A stretch of DNA of 64,000 bases, from NCBI GenBank assembly GCA_041674225.1, contig JBAYWG010000001.1, positions 326,273-390,272 on the forward strand. Direction: 5' to 3'. Source of the stretch: Minisyncoccota bacterium (GTDB lineage: Bacteria > Patescibacteriota > Minisyncoccia > Phycocordibacterales > JAACPR01). Both the position numbers and the translations under genes were made by a program. Below the pieces are notes generated by a model. That model did not search any database. It saw only the letters and a program-made list of their open reading frames with translations, and was not told where the DNA came from. Of the stretch, positions 50,268 through 59,929 are shown piece after piece (the first letter of the stretch is position 1; each line of letters opens with the position of its first letter).

Positions 50268-51884
50268 TTATGAAATATCCTCACCTAGTTCCTTCGTCAT
50301 TTGATAAACTTTTGAAAAATACTCTGCGATAAGTTTTCCATCTTCCCCTGCTTCGTCTAGTCCTACAAATCTACTTATCGCAAGCATCATGTGTTCTAGT
50401 GCTTGTGGTAAATAATGTGTTGCAGGGATTACAATATCACCTGTTTCTGGATCAGTGATGTTTAAATGTCCTTGTGCTATTTCTGTTTCATAAGCGAGCT
50501 CTCGAGTGTTTGAAGTTATTATTTCATCAACCTCCAATGCTATTTCAAAGTGTTTAAATAGAACACTTCCTCTAGCATCTGATTGAGTTAGAAAGTTTTC
50601 TATTTTATTTAAATCATATTTTTCTTCACTAGATTCTTCGGCTGAACATTGCTGATTTGACTCTCGATTGATTAAGGATTGGCTATTTCTGACTTTAACC
50701 AAAGATTCAGCAATATTCTTTTCTTCTTCCGGTAAACATGACTTTGCTTCTTGAAGTTTTTCAATAGCTTGTTCAAATGCTTTATCTTGAATGTTTATGA
50801 AGTGTTTTTTGTAATTAACTACAAAAGTAGGCTTATCATCATTTCCTGTGTATAGGAAATTTGTTGATTTCTCAATCATGATTTTGATAGAAACATCGAT
50901 ATTGCAGTTAGAAACAGCATCAAGCGAAGGGGTTTTTTCTTTTTCATCTACCCTACCAATTTCTTTTTCTGTAAGTGCTGCAATGTTTTTCTCTATGTTT
51001 TGGATAGGTGTAACTATTGGTTTAGGATCGGTTGGTACTAATTGTTCTTTGGGTTCTTCTGGCTTCTTTTGTTGAAGCTCCTCACGCATTTTTTCTGTCT
51101 TTTTATCTTGTTCTTCACACTTTTGTTCATCCTTTTGTTTTTGAGTTGCATCTTCATCACCCTCTGTTACATCCTCTGTGGTAAATGTTCCAGGGTCGTC
51201 TTCTTCTTCTCCGTCGGGGTTAGAGTCAGGGTTATTTGGATCGTTTGGATTATTTCCACCTCCACCACCTCCAGGATTGTTTGGATCAGTAGGATTATTT
51301 GGATTATTTGGATTGTTTCCAGTGTTACCACCAGTGTTTCCTCCGGTATTACCACCGGTATTTCCTCCTGTGTTACCACCAGTGTTACCACCAGTGTTTC
51401 CTCCGGTATTACCACCGGTATTTCCTCCTGTGTTACCACCAGTATTACCACCGGTATTTCCTCCTGTGTTACCACCAGTATTACCACCACCTCCAGGAAT
51501 ATTTGGAATTTCCAGAACAGTTACAGTACAATCGTCTGAAAGAGTTATTCCCCCTGTTGTGATTGTTACTGTAGCCGTTTTTATACCAATGTTTGAATAC
51601 CTTGCTGTTGTTGTCGCTCTGTTCACGTCTTGTATAGAATTACCTTCCCATTCATAAGAAATTGTAGAACTTGCATTTGAAACAATTGCTCTCCAAGTTA
51701 CAGTTGAATTCTTCAAAACAATATTTTGGTGAGGTTCACATTTAACACTTAATGGCGCTGGAGCTGTTTGTGCTTGTGTTTGTCGAGAAAAAGCCTGAAA
51801 CGAGAAAAAGGCAATAATCAAAACACCTAAAACACCGCTTAAAATTATTTTCAGAACTTTTTTTAAATTAAATTGATTTGTCAT
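50268..51884 (-). CDS. Secreted or surface protein with Ig/PKD-like N-terminal region, about 19 GGNT repeats, an Asn/Pro-rich and acidic linker, and a C-terminal globular domain
   Basis: N-terminal TM/signal; beta-rich Thr/Ser segment (NSTVTWRAIVSNASSTISYEWEGNS...TVTITTGGITL); (GGNT)n; NPNNPNNPTDPNNPGGGGGG. Confidence 0.5.
   Translation of the reverse strand: MTNQFNLKKVLKIILSGVLGVLIIAFFSFQAFSRQTQAQTAPAPLSVKCEPHQNIVLKNSTVTWRAIVSNASSTISYEWEGNSIQDVNRATTTARYSNIGIKTATVTITTGGITLSDDCTVTVLEIPNIPGGGGNTGGNTGGNTGGNTGGNTGGNTGGNTGGNTGGNTGGNTGGNTGGNTGGNTGGNTGNNPNNPNNPTDPNNPGGGGGGNNPNDPNNPDSNPDGEEEDDPGTFTTEDVTEGDEDATQKQKDEQKCEEQDKKTEKMREELQQKKPEEPKEQLVPTDPKPIVTPIQNIEKNIAALTEKEIGRVDEKEKTPSLDAVSNCNIDVSIKIMIEKSTNFLYTGNDDKPTFVVNYKKHFINIQDKAFEQAIEKLQEAKSCLPEEEKNIAESLVKVRNSQSLINRESNQQCSAEESSEEKYDLNKIENFLTQSDARGSVLFKHFEIALEVDEIITSNTRELAYETEIAQGHLNITDPETGDIVIPATHYLPQALEHMMLAISRFVGLDEAGEDGKLIAEYFSKVYQMTKELGEDIS
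51318..51490. repeat. 12-nt tandem repeat array (about 14 units; higher-order 60-nt units 51341..51400 and 51401..51460) encoding (GGNT)n
   Basis: GTGTTACCACCA / GTATTTCCTCCG-type units directly visible in the sequence. Confidence 0.85.
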
Positions 51885-51887
51885 GTT

Positions 51888-52694
51888 TTAAAAATTTCCC
51901 CAGAGAATTCCTGATTCATCTTCTGAAAAAATTATATCATTTAATTTAAAGTAGTATGAAATATTTGATAAAATTTCCGGTTGAATTTCTCTGATTTGAT
52001 TATATTGATTTAAAAACAAAGAAAGCAAGATGGGATCCTCATCTGTTTGTGCAATTTTAACTAACAAGATATTAATCTTATATAAATTGTTTATATACTT
52101 TAAATGGTCATCAGAAATACTTCTTGGGATGCTAATTTTTGACAATTCCTCGGCCTCTTCCCCAAAAACATTAGAGTATTTAATAATAAATTCCATATCA
52201 TCTTCAGCATCTACAGTTCTTAGTTTGTTTGTGTATTTTGTAATTATTTTTGCAAACTGGTTTCCGTATTGTTTAGCGTCATCTTTTCTATAATCAGGAA
52301 AAGTTGAAAGTTGATAAATAGAGTATTTGTTTGGGATTGTAGTAGCGGCAACAGTTTCTTCAGCTAGTTTTGTTGTTAGTTTATCTAAGTTTTCTGGCGT
52401 ATTTAGTGACCGGTTTTTTAAATCTTCATAATTTCCAAGAAGTCCTAGTAGCACAGATTCTGAAAAAGTTTCTGGCGGCGTGTAGTCAATTTTATCTGGA
52501 TTTTTCTCTGCTTCCTCTAATAGAAATTGTTCCAAAGTTTTTACAGGTGAATTATCCATAACCTCAGTACCGTCTACCTCACCGAATACTTTTTGCAGAG
52601 ATCTTTTTGCCATTACATCTTTTCCAATCAAAGCAATCATCAAGGATACTGTGATGATTATTACTCCTATTACTTTTCTACTTGGCTTTTGCAT
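51888..52694 (-). CDS. Hypothetical membrane-anchored protein (first gene of the cluster)
   Basis: 268 aa, N-terminal TM. Confidence 0.4.
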   Translation of the reverse strand: MQKPSRKVIGVIIITVSLMIALIGKDVMAKRSLQKVFGEVDGTEVMDNSPVKTLEQFLLEEAEKNPDKIDYTPPETFSESVLLGLLGNYEDLKNRSLNTPENLDKLTTKLAEETVAATTIPNKYSIYQLSTFPDYRKDDAKQYGNQFAKIITKYTNKLRTVDAEDDMEFIIKYSNVFGEEAEELSKISIPRSISDDHLKYINNLYKINILLVKIAQTDEDPILLSLFLNQYNQIREIQPEILSNISYYFKLNDIIFSEDESGILWGNF

Positions 52695-52740
52695 TGATGA
52701 AATTATAACAGATTGCGTGATATAATTTTTTTATAAAGGT

Positions 52741-53193
52741 ATGAATTTGTTTAAAAATAATATAAATAAAATATTATTAATCACTGTGGCGCTTGGTTTT
52801 TTATTCTTGCAAGAGTCGCTGAGATTCACAAATGTTGAAGATGCCGTGTCTAATGGTTTAAACACAGCGGCACTCAGTCAGACGTCTTGGATGAATCAGA
52901 AGCGTCACCAAGGTGAGCCTTTTGGCGGTTATATACTCACTAGAATAGAATGTGATTGTGAAGGAAATTACATTGTTTTAATTAATGATTATGTTAGCCG
53001 GTCTAATCTTTGGCTTAAAGTTGAAAAGGGTAAATCAACTATTTATGAATACGGGAAGGAACTTACTCCTAATAAATATACCCTAGGTACTTATGATAAA
53101 GGTGCTACATGCAAGATGCAGGTTCGGGATTGTAAGCCTGCTAAAGTTGATGGAGTAATAAACAGCGGTCCGGGTGCTGGAGTTTCTAAATAA
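52741..53193 (+). CDS. Secreted hypothetical protein
   Basis: Signal peptide-like N-terminus, 150 aa. Confidence 0.4.
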   Translation: MNLFKNNINKILLITVALGFLFLQESLRFTNVEDAVSNGLNTAALSQTSWMNQKRHQGEPFGGYILTRIECDCEGNYIVLINDYVSRSNLWLKVEKGKSTIYEYGKELTPNKYTLGTYDKGATCKMQVRDCKPAKVDGVINSGPGAGVSK

Positions 53194-53194
53194 T

Positions 53195-53992
53195 TTAATT
53201 TCTCGCTAAACAAACCCAATCCTCTACTTTTAATTCCTCCGAACGAGTTTTTGGATCGATTCCACATTCTTCGAATTTACTTTTCTCCACCACTCCCTCT
53301 AAGTTTCCACCGAGTTGTTTTCTTTTGTGGGCGAATCCGGCTTTCATCACTTCGAAAAATCGTTTTTCATTTGGTCCGTTTTTTGCGTTTTTAAAAATTT
53401 TATTTGAAATATCTGCAATGTGAATAATTGCTGAATCAACTTTTGGAGCAGGTACAAAAGCCCCTTTTGGAACGGTTGCGATATATTTTGGCTTTCCAAA
53501 AACTTTGATTGAAATAGAAAGGATACTTTCTTTTTTGTCTTTAGAAATAATTCTTTCGGCAACTTCTTTTTGTACTAAAAATGTAATTGATTGTGGAGGA
53601 TTTTCTAGTGTTAGAAATTTTTCAATTAAAGCTCCGGTGATGTAGTACGGAATGTTGGCAACAATTTTGTAATCTTTTTTAAAATTTTTATTTTCACTAG
53701 GATTAAATTCCAGTGCATCTCTTCTAATAATTTCCAGTTGGCCGCTTTCACAAAAATCCTGCAAAACAATTTCTAATTCTCCAGCCAAAACTTCATCTTT
53801 TTCAATCGCAATCACGCGTGCACCTGTCTCTAAAAGTTTTTTAGTTAAAGCTCCTCTTCCTGGTCCGATTTCTAAAACTGTTTCCCCTTCCCTTAATTCA
53901 GAAGCAGTTATCATTTGGTTCAGAGCTTTTTCTGATTTTAAAAAGTTTTGCCCTAAAGATTTTTTTGCTCGCTGACTAAAATTTTCTGACAT
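53195..53992 (-). CDS. rsmA: 16S rRNA (adenine1518-N6/adenine1519-N6)-dimethyltransferase RsmA/KsgA
   Basis: LGQNFL motif, VLEIGPGRGALT SAM-binding motif. Confidence 0.85.
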   Translation of the reverse strand: MSENFSQRAKKSLGQNFLKSEKALNQMITASELREGETVLEIGPGRGALTKKLLETGARVIAIEKDEVLAGELEIVLQDFCESGQLEIIRRDALEFNPSENKNFKKDYKIVANIPYYITGALIEKFLTLENPPQSITFLVQKEVAERIISKDKKESILSISIKVFGKPKYIATVPKGAFVPAPKVDSAIIHIADISNKIFKNAKNGPNEKRFFEVMKAGFAHKRKQLGGNLEGVVEKSKFEECGIDPKTRSEELKVEDWVCLARN

Positions 53993-54003
53993 TTTATTTT
54001 AAA

Positions 54004-55941
54004 TTACCAATTGATAAAAACACTTCGTGCTTGGCTGATTACATCATTGCCATCATCCCCTTCAGAGCTCTCGATTAAATCTTGTGGAATATCTTCCAAA
54101 AATTCTGACGGAATATTTACTTGTTGTGATCCATAGATTGTTCTGATTCCAGCATAAGAAAGAAATATTTTTTTTCTAGCTCGTGTTAGCGCAACATAAA
54201 ATAATCTTCTCTCTTCTTCCTCATCATCTTTCTTTGCATCTTGTCTTTCGCTTGGGAAAAGTCCTTGTTCTAATCCTGTTATAAAAACATAATCAAATTC
54301 CAATCCTTTCGATGAGTGAATTGTCATAAGTTTAACGCCGTTTTTCTTTTGAATATCAGCTTCTGTTTCAATTTCGTCTTGATCTGTCGCAAGTGCCGCT
54401 TCTTCTAAAAGCTTTGCAATTCCCTCGCTTGGATCACCTTGATCATATTTTTGTGCCAAGGTTGCAAGCTCTTTGATGTTTTGAATTCTTTCCAAACCTT
54501 CTTCTCCTCCCTTTTTCAAATCATCTTCCATTCCAGTTGATTTGATAATCATTTTAATAGTTTCACTCGGTGGATTTGTTTCTGCTGTTTTTTTAATTCT
54601 CACTAACAAACTTCTGAAGTCTGCAATTTTTTCTGCAACCTTCCCTGTCAGCAATCCTTCATTTCCTTCCAAAATTTTCAAAAGAGTTACCTTCCCAATT
54701 CCTCGCGCAGGCACATTTATAATTCTTCCCAAACTTGTTAAATCATCTGGATTAAAAGCCGCTCTCAAAAAACTTAAAATATCTTTCACTTCTTTTCTGT
54801 CGAAGAATTTTGTTCCAAGAACTTGATATGGCAAAGCCAATCTCAATAAATATTCTTCTAAAATTCGTGATTGAAAGTTTGCTCTATATAAAATCGCAAT
54901 TTCATTTGGATTCGCACCTCCATTTATTAATTCTTGAATTTCTTCTGCAACAAATCTCGCTTCGTCTAATCCATCGAACGCGTTATATAAAATCATTTTT
55001 TCTCCATCGCCATTTTCTGTAAAAAGATTTTTCTCTCGACGGTTTGTGTTTTTTTCAATCACAGCATTCGCAGCCTTTAAAATATTTCCTGTTGATCTGT
55101 AGTTTTGTTCAAGCACAATCATTTCTGCACCAGCAAAATCTTTTTCAAAATTTAAAATATTTTTTATTGTTGCACCTCTCCAGCTGTAAATGTTTTGATC
55201 AATATCCCCCACTACGCAAACATTATTTTTGTCTCCGATAATACATCTAGCCATTTCGTACTGTACGCCGTTTGTATCCTGGTACTCATCAATGTGTACA
55301 TGTTGCCAAAGGTCTTGATATTTTTTTCTAATTTCCGGATTTCTTTTTAGAAGTAAAGTTGATTCCAAAAGTAAATCATCAAAGTCATATGCTTTCTCTC
55401 GTTTTAAATTTTCTTGATACTTCACCCACACTTTTGCGGCAATTTCAGAGACAAAAGAATGATTTGACTGAGATTCAAATTCTGTGTGAGTCACCATGTT
55501 TCCTTTTTCACGAGAAATTATCGAGATGATTGTTTTTGGCTCTACACCATTTTCCCCTTCTCCGATCTCTTTCAATATTTTTTTGATTAAAGAAATAGAA
55601 TCGCTTCTGTCGTAAATATTAAAATGTTTTGGAATTCCTAAAAGATGAGAATTGTCACGCAAAATTTTTACACCCAATGAGTGAAAGGTAGAAACAAATG
55701 GTCTTCCCAAATCTTCCGCTAAAAGTTTTCCTAGTCGCTCCTTCATTTCTTTCGCAGCTTTGTTTGTGAATGTAATAGCCAGAATGTTTTCGGGTAAAAC
55801 TCCTTCTTTGACAAGGTTTAAAATTCGATGTGTTAGGGTTTTGGTTTTTCCTGCTCCTGCACCAGCCAAAATCAAAAGAGGCCCTCTGTTGTGGATAACT
55901 GCCCGTTTTTGCGCTTCATTTAAGCCCTCTAAATGTTTCAT
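54004..55941 (-). CDS. ATP-dependent DNA helicase, UvrD/PcrA family
   Basis: LNEAQKRAV...LILAGAGAGKTKTLTHRI motif I, DEYQDTN motif II, C-terminal helicase domain. Confidence 0.9.
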   Translation of the reverse strand: MKHLEGLNEAQKRAVIHNRGPLLILAGAGAGKTKTLTHRILNLVKEGVLPENILAITFTNKAAKEMKERLGKLLAEDLGRPFVSTFHSLGVKILRDNSHLLGIPKHFNIYDRSDSISLIKKILKEIGEGENGVEPKTIISIISREKGNMVTHTEFESQSNHSFVSEIAAKVWVKYQENLKREKAYDFDDLLLESTLLLKRNPEIRKKYQDLWQHVHIDEYQDTNGVQYEMARCIIGDKNNVCVVGDIDQNIYSWRGATIKNILNFEKDFAGAEMIVLEQNYRSTGNILKAANAVIEKNTNRREKNLFTENGDGEKMILYNAFDGLDEARFVAEEIQELINGGANPNEIAILYRANFQSRILEEYLLRLALPYQVLGTKFFDRKEVKDILSFLRAAFNPDDLTSLGRIINVPARGIGKVTLLKILEGNEGLLTGKVAEKIADFRSLLVRIKKTAETNPPSETIKMIIKSTGMEDDLKKGGEEGLERIQNIKELATLAQKYDQGDPSEGIAKLLEEAALATDQDEIETEADIQKKNGVKLMTIHSSKGLEFDYVFITGLEQGLFPSERQDAKKDDEEEERRLFYVALTRARKKIFLSYAGIRTIYGSQQVNIPSEFLEDIPQDLIESSEGDDGNDVISQARSVFINW

Positions 55942-56112
55942 AGTCAGACTATATTAACACACCGTTGACACCTTTCCCTAGACTGCTACCATTAAATAAT
56001 CCTCTGTAGATGGGGTCTGAAAAGGCTTATTACTTATCTGGAAAAAGACTCTGACCCTTCGTCCACGAAGCCGTATCGAGTTAACATAAATCAAATTAGT
56101 TCACGAATTACC

Positions 56113-57117
56113 GTGAAAAAGTCTTTTGTCATGGCTGCGCTTTTAGTTCTCCCAATCCTTGCTAATGCTGGAGTTTTTTCTTTCTTGGGTAGCTCTGATA
56201 ATAAAAATCTGAATGAGCCAAATGTTTCTTTAAATTCTCAAACTATCCCGGTGCTTCAGGCTGCTACAAACAATGACCCTAACCCAGCCAAAGGAGGTGG
56301 AGATATTATGGTGGTGGATGATAAAGCCATTATGGCAGTTTCGACTATTACCGGTGACCCTGTAGAAATCTATCGACCAAAATCTGATCAGATTAGTGTG
56401 TATGTGGTGCGTGAAGGTGACACTCTTTCTCAAATTGCCAACATGTTCCATGTGACTTCAAATACTATTCGTTGGGCCAATGATTTAGAGGGAGAAATCC
56501 AACCAGGACAACAATTGGTGATTTTGCCGGTGACAGGAGTGAAACATAAGGTGAAGAGTGGTGGAACAGTTGCTGATTTGGCTGAACTATACAAAGCCGA
56601 CGCAAGAGAAATTGCTTTGTTTAACGGTATTTCTGTAAATACAAAACTTGAAGCTGGTATGGAAATTCTTGTACCTAACGGAGAACTTCATGTAGAAGAA
56701 AAGAAAAAGACAAAAACTATTGCAAAAAGCAGTTCAGGAAAATCAACAGCCTCGTCATCTGCTTCAAAAGGTTCAAGTGTATTCAAAAACCCAGTTCCTG
56801 GTGCTGTAAAGACACAAGGAATTCACGGATACAACGGTGTAGACTTCGGTGCTCCAATCGGTACATCTATTTATGCAGCTGCAGCAGGACAAGTTATTAT
56901 TAGTAAGAGTAGTGGATGGAATGGTGGATACGGAAATTATGTTGTTATCAAACACGACAATGGCTCACAAACTCTTTATGCTCACGCAAGTACTGTAAAT
57001 GTTTCTTCAGGTGAATGGGTTTCTCAAGGTGATTTAATCGCTACTGTTGGAAATACAGGAAAATCAACAGGACCACACCTTCACTTTGAAGTTCGAGGAG
57101 CGACAAACCCTTTCTAG
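56113..57117 (+). CDS. Peptidoglycan endopeptidase: two LysM domains plus C-terminal M23 (LytM) peptidase
   Basis: LysM (YVVREGDTLSQIANMF; HKVKSGGTVADLAELY); M23 motifs GYNGVDFGAP, HLHFEV. Confidence 0.85.
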   Translation: MKKSFVMAALLVLPILANAGVFSFLGSSDNKNLNEPNVSLNSQTIPVLQAATNNDPNPAKGGGDIMVVDDKAIMAVSTITGDPVEIYRPKSDQISVYVVREGDTLSQIANMFHVTSNTIRWANDLEGEIQPGQQLVILPVTGVKHKVKSGGTVADLAELYKADAREIALFNGISVNTKLEAGMEILVPNGELHVEEKKKTKTIAKSSSGKSTASSSASKGSSVFKNPVPGAVKTQGIHGYNGVDFGAPIGTSIYAAAAGQVIISKSSGWNGGYGNYVVIKHDNGSQTLYAHASTVNVSSGEWVSQGDLIATVGNTGKSTGPHLHFEVRGATNPF

Positions 57118-57119
57118 TC

Positions 57120-58640
57120 TTATTCAACCCTTCGATACTGAAAGGCTTCTAATATATGAGAGTCTTTAATTTCTGGCGAAGTTTCTAGGTCTGCAATCGT
57201 TCGAGAAAGTTTTAAGATTTTGTGAATTACTCGTGCGGAGAGGTTTAATTTTTCTGAAAGTTGTTTTAATAATTTTTTATTTGATTCGTCCAGTTTTATA
57301 TACTCATTTATTTTCGATGCAGGAATTTTTGAGTTTAAAAAACCTTGTCTTTTAATTTGCAATTCTCTAGCGCGCTCTATTTTTTCTCTATAAATTTGAG
57401 ATTCAGTTTTGGGGTTTGTTTGCGGTGATATTTTTTGATCAATCAAATCAGCTGCAACAATTTGATCAACACAAATACACATATCAATTCGATCTAAAAT
57501 TGGCCCAGAGATTTTTTGTTTGTATTTTAAGATTGATTGATTACTGCAATCACATTGCTTAATATTGGTTTGATAATAACCGCACGGACATGGATTCATT
57601 GTTGTGATTAAAATAAAACTCGCAGGGTATGTCACAGAACCATTTTTTCTAGCCAGAGAAATCTTTCCGTCTTCAAGCGGACCTCTCAATGATTCAATCG
57701 CTCTCCTGTCGAATTCAGGAAATTCATCTAGAAATAAAACCCCACAATGTGCGAGTGTGATTTCTCCAATATTTAAATTTCCTCCACCTCCACAAATCGC
57801 TGTGTATGAAGCACTGTGATGTGGTGCTCGAAAAGGTCTTTGTGCAAAATTTTCAGGAGACAATAATCCTGCGCTCGAATAAATTGTTGTGATCTCCAAT
57901 AGTTCTTTTTCATTTGGTATTGGCAAAATATCTTTGAACGCTTTTGAAAGCATTGTTTTCCCTGTTCCGGGTGGACCCAAAAAAGAAATGTTGTGTTCTC
58001 CTGCTCCCGCTATCTCCAATCCTCGTTTTGCTATTTGTTGCCCTTTTATATTTTCAAAATCAATTTCGATTACCCTTTCTTTGTTTTTTAAAAAAGTTTT
58101 TCTTTGTGATTCAATAGATTCACTCTTTTGCAGATGATTAATTACTTGCAACAAATTTTTGGCAGGATAAATTTTTATTCCATCTATCAATCCAGCCTCC
58201 ACCCCATTTTCAAAAGGAATAAATATTTCTTTAAAACCTTTTTCTTTTGCAAATTTTGCAATTGGCAATGCCCCTTGAATTTTTCGAAGTCCTCCATCCA
58301 ACGCTAGTTCCCCTACAAAAACTGATTGACCAGTCTCAAATTCAAATTTCTCTGACGCTTTTAAATACCCCACGGCTATAGCTAAATCAAAAAGCGGTCC
58401 GTGTTTTTTAATATGCGCAGGAGCGAGCGATACCAGAATCCTTTCGTTCTTTTGTTTCGGAGATTTAAATCCAGAATTCTTTATTGCAGATGTCACTCTG
58501 TCTCGCGCTTCAGAAATAGCTTTATCCCCCAGCCCAACAATATTTAAAGAATAAATCCCATTAGAAATATCAACCTCTACATCCACCTTCTCGGTATTTA
58601 AATTCGAAACATGCGCGCTATACACTTTTGAAAATGACAT
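57120..58640 (-). CDS. comM: YifB/ComM-family Mg-chelatase-like AAA+ ATPase (competence protein ComM)
   Basis: N-terminal ChlI-like domain; Walker A GPPGTGKTML; Cys-rich insertion; C-terminal Mg_chelatase_C-like domain. Confidence 0.85.
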   Translation of the reverse strand: MSFSKVYSAHVSNLNTEKVDVEVDISNGIYSLNIVGLGDKAISEARDRVTSAIKNSGFKSPKQKNERILVSLAPAHIKKHGPLFDLAIAVGYLKASEKFEFETGQSVFVGELALDGGLRKIQGALPIAKFAKEKGFKEIFIPFENGVEAGLIDGIKIYPAKNLLQVINHLQKSESIESQRKTFLKNKERVIEIDFENIKGQQIAKRGLEIAGAGEHNISFLGPPGTGKTMLSKAFKDILPIPNEKELLEITTIYSSAGLLSPENFAQRPFRAPHHSASYTAICGGGGNLNIGEITLAHCGVLFLDEFPEFDRRAIESLRGPLEDGKISLARKNGSVTYPASFILITTMNPCPCGYYQTNIKQCDCSNQSILKYKQKISGPILDRIDMCICVDQIVAADLIDQKISPQTNPKTESQIYREKIERARELQIKRQGFLNSKIPASKINEYIKLDESNKKLLKQLSEKLNLSARVIHKILKLSRTIADLETSPEIKDSHILEAFQYRRVE

Positions 58641-58700
58641 TAAAGAACCATAACAAAACTAGCATTAAGATTTTCTAAATAAAGAATAAATATTAGTACA

Positions 58701-58826
58701 AAAATAAAATACTCACACCAGACACTGCGGAGGCCGTTAAGGGCCGAGCCTGTAGCGTCGAGAGATTTTTGAATGCGAAGCATTTAAAAATTCTCGAACG
58801 CGCGTCTGGTGTGAGTATTTTATTTT
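58701..58826. ncRNA. Long palindromic structured element: 23-bp perfect terminal stem enclosing about 80 nt with internal hairpins (candidate sRNA, leader or terminator structure)
   Basis: AAAATAAAATACTCACACCAGAC at 58701..58723 pairs with GTCTGGTGTGAGTATTTTATTTT at 58804..58826. Inner 19-bp hairpin TCGAGAGATTTTTGAATGC-gaa-GCATTTAAAAATTCTCGA and GGCC-gttaag-GGCC. Confidence 0.35.
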
Positions 58827-58833
58827 TGTGCTT

Positions 58834-59217
58834 TTACTTAGTCTTCTTTGCTACTTTCTTTGCAACAGGTTTAACCGCTGCTACTGTATGCTTCTTAATA
58901 TTCTTCCAATGCCCCTTCATATCCTTCAAAAGATCTTGAACTTCTTCTTCTGTAACAGTTTTAACTTTGCTGTACTTAGCTACCACACCATCTACTATTT
59001 TGTGGTAATTTTCTTCAGTAAGTTCACCTTTTACTTGTTCAATTTTTTCGATAACCTCTCCTTTTGCTTTCAAAGCCCATCCTTTGATAGCTTTTCGATT
59101 CTTTTTCGCGTCTTTAGATCCGTATAAAAAGTAAACCCCAGCTGCAGCTGCAGCAGCTAGTGCTAATCCAATCCCTGCTTGTACCCCACTATTATTGTCT
59201 TTCTTTTTTGTCGCCAT
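58834..59217 (-). CDS. Hypothetical membrane-associated protein (Ala-rich TM plus Lys-rich helical domain; YtxH-like)
   Basis: ORF, one TM. Confidence 0.4.
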   Translation of the reverse strand: MATKKKDNNSGVQAGIGLALAAAAAAGVYFLYGSKDAKKNRKAIKGWALKAKGEVIEKIEQVKGELTEENYHKIVDGVVAKYSKVKTVTEEEVQDLLKDMKGHWKNIKKHTVAAVKPVAKKVAKKTK

Positions 59218-59239
59218 AAATTTATTTAAATATTAATTA

Positions 59240-59521
59240 TTATTTTTTCTTCGATTTTTTGCCAGAAAAAATGTTCTTAACTAAACCAATTGCCAAGGAA
59301 ACACCTCTTAAAGCGTTTCCATCAGCCTTCATTTTTGCTCGTAGAGCTTGAATGTCTTCTATTGCGTTCTCACTCTCTTCTTTTACTGTGTTCACTATCT
59401 TCTTTACTTTTCTCAATATTGAAAAAACATAGAAGAAAAGAACAGCAAAAATGACGGTCAAACATATTACAGAAATCGAAGTGATTATGAAAAAAAAATC
59501 TGATTTCGCTATATCCGTCAT
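59240..59521 (-). CDS. DUF948-like small membrane protein
   Basis: 93 aa, N-terminal TM, coiled-coil tail. Confidence 0.4.
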   Translation of the reverse strand: MTDIAKSDFFFIITSISVICLTVIFAVLFFYVFSILRKVKKIVNTVKEESENAIEDIQALRAKMKADGNALRGVSLAIGLVKNIFSGKKSKKK

Positions 59522-59556
59522 ATGTTTATTGTAACACGAACCAATAATCTAAAAAA

Positions 59557-59910
59557 TTATTCATTCATGTGTTCTTTGCAAGTTCGTGCTGATGGGTTTG
59601 CCTCTAGCCTTTCTTCTTCAATTTCTTCTCCGCTCACTTCACATACACCATATGTTCCATTCTCAATTCGTTCCAAAGCATCTTTCACGTCGTTATATTG
59701 AGTTTCTAGTTGTTTTAAAATGGCAGTATTTGTTTCAAAATTATCAATACTGTCTGAGAATTCGTTCAAATCAGCAGAATCTTCTGTAAAACTAGGAGTA
59801 GCTTCCCAATCATCAGGGTTTTCTGGGTTTTTTCTTCCAACAGTTGCTAGCTCAGCTTCAAGCCGAGTCTTTTCTGCTAAAAGTAATTCTTTAAATTTAT
59901 TTTCGTTCAT
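59557..59910 (-). CDS. DksA/TraR-family C4-type zinc-finger protein
   Basis: C-terminal CEVSGEEIEEERLEANPSARTCKEH zinc-finger spacing; N-terminal coiled coil. Confidence 0.7.
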   Translation of the reverse strand: MNENKFKELLLAEKTRLEAELATVGRKNPENPDDWEATPSFTEDSADLNEFSDSIDNFETNTAILKQLETQYNDVKDALERIENGTYGVCEVSGEEIEEERLEANPSARTCKEHMNE

Positions 59911-59929
59911 ATACCTATTATAACAAATA

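Noticed and set aside
51042-51657. Several plus-strand ORFs (e.g. PPVLPPVFPPVL..., CYHQCFLRYYHRYF...)
   Set aside because: Alternative-frame and antisense readings of the 12-nt (GGNT)n repeat array. Artefacts of repeat periodicity.
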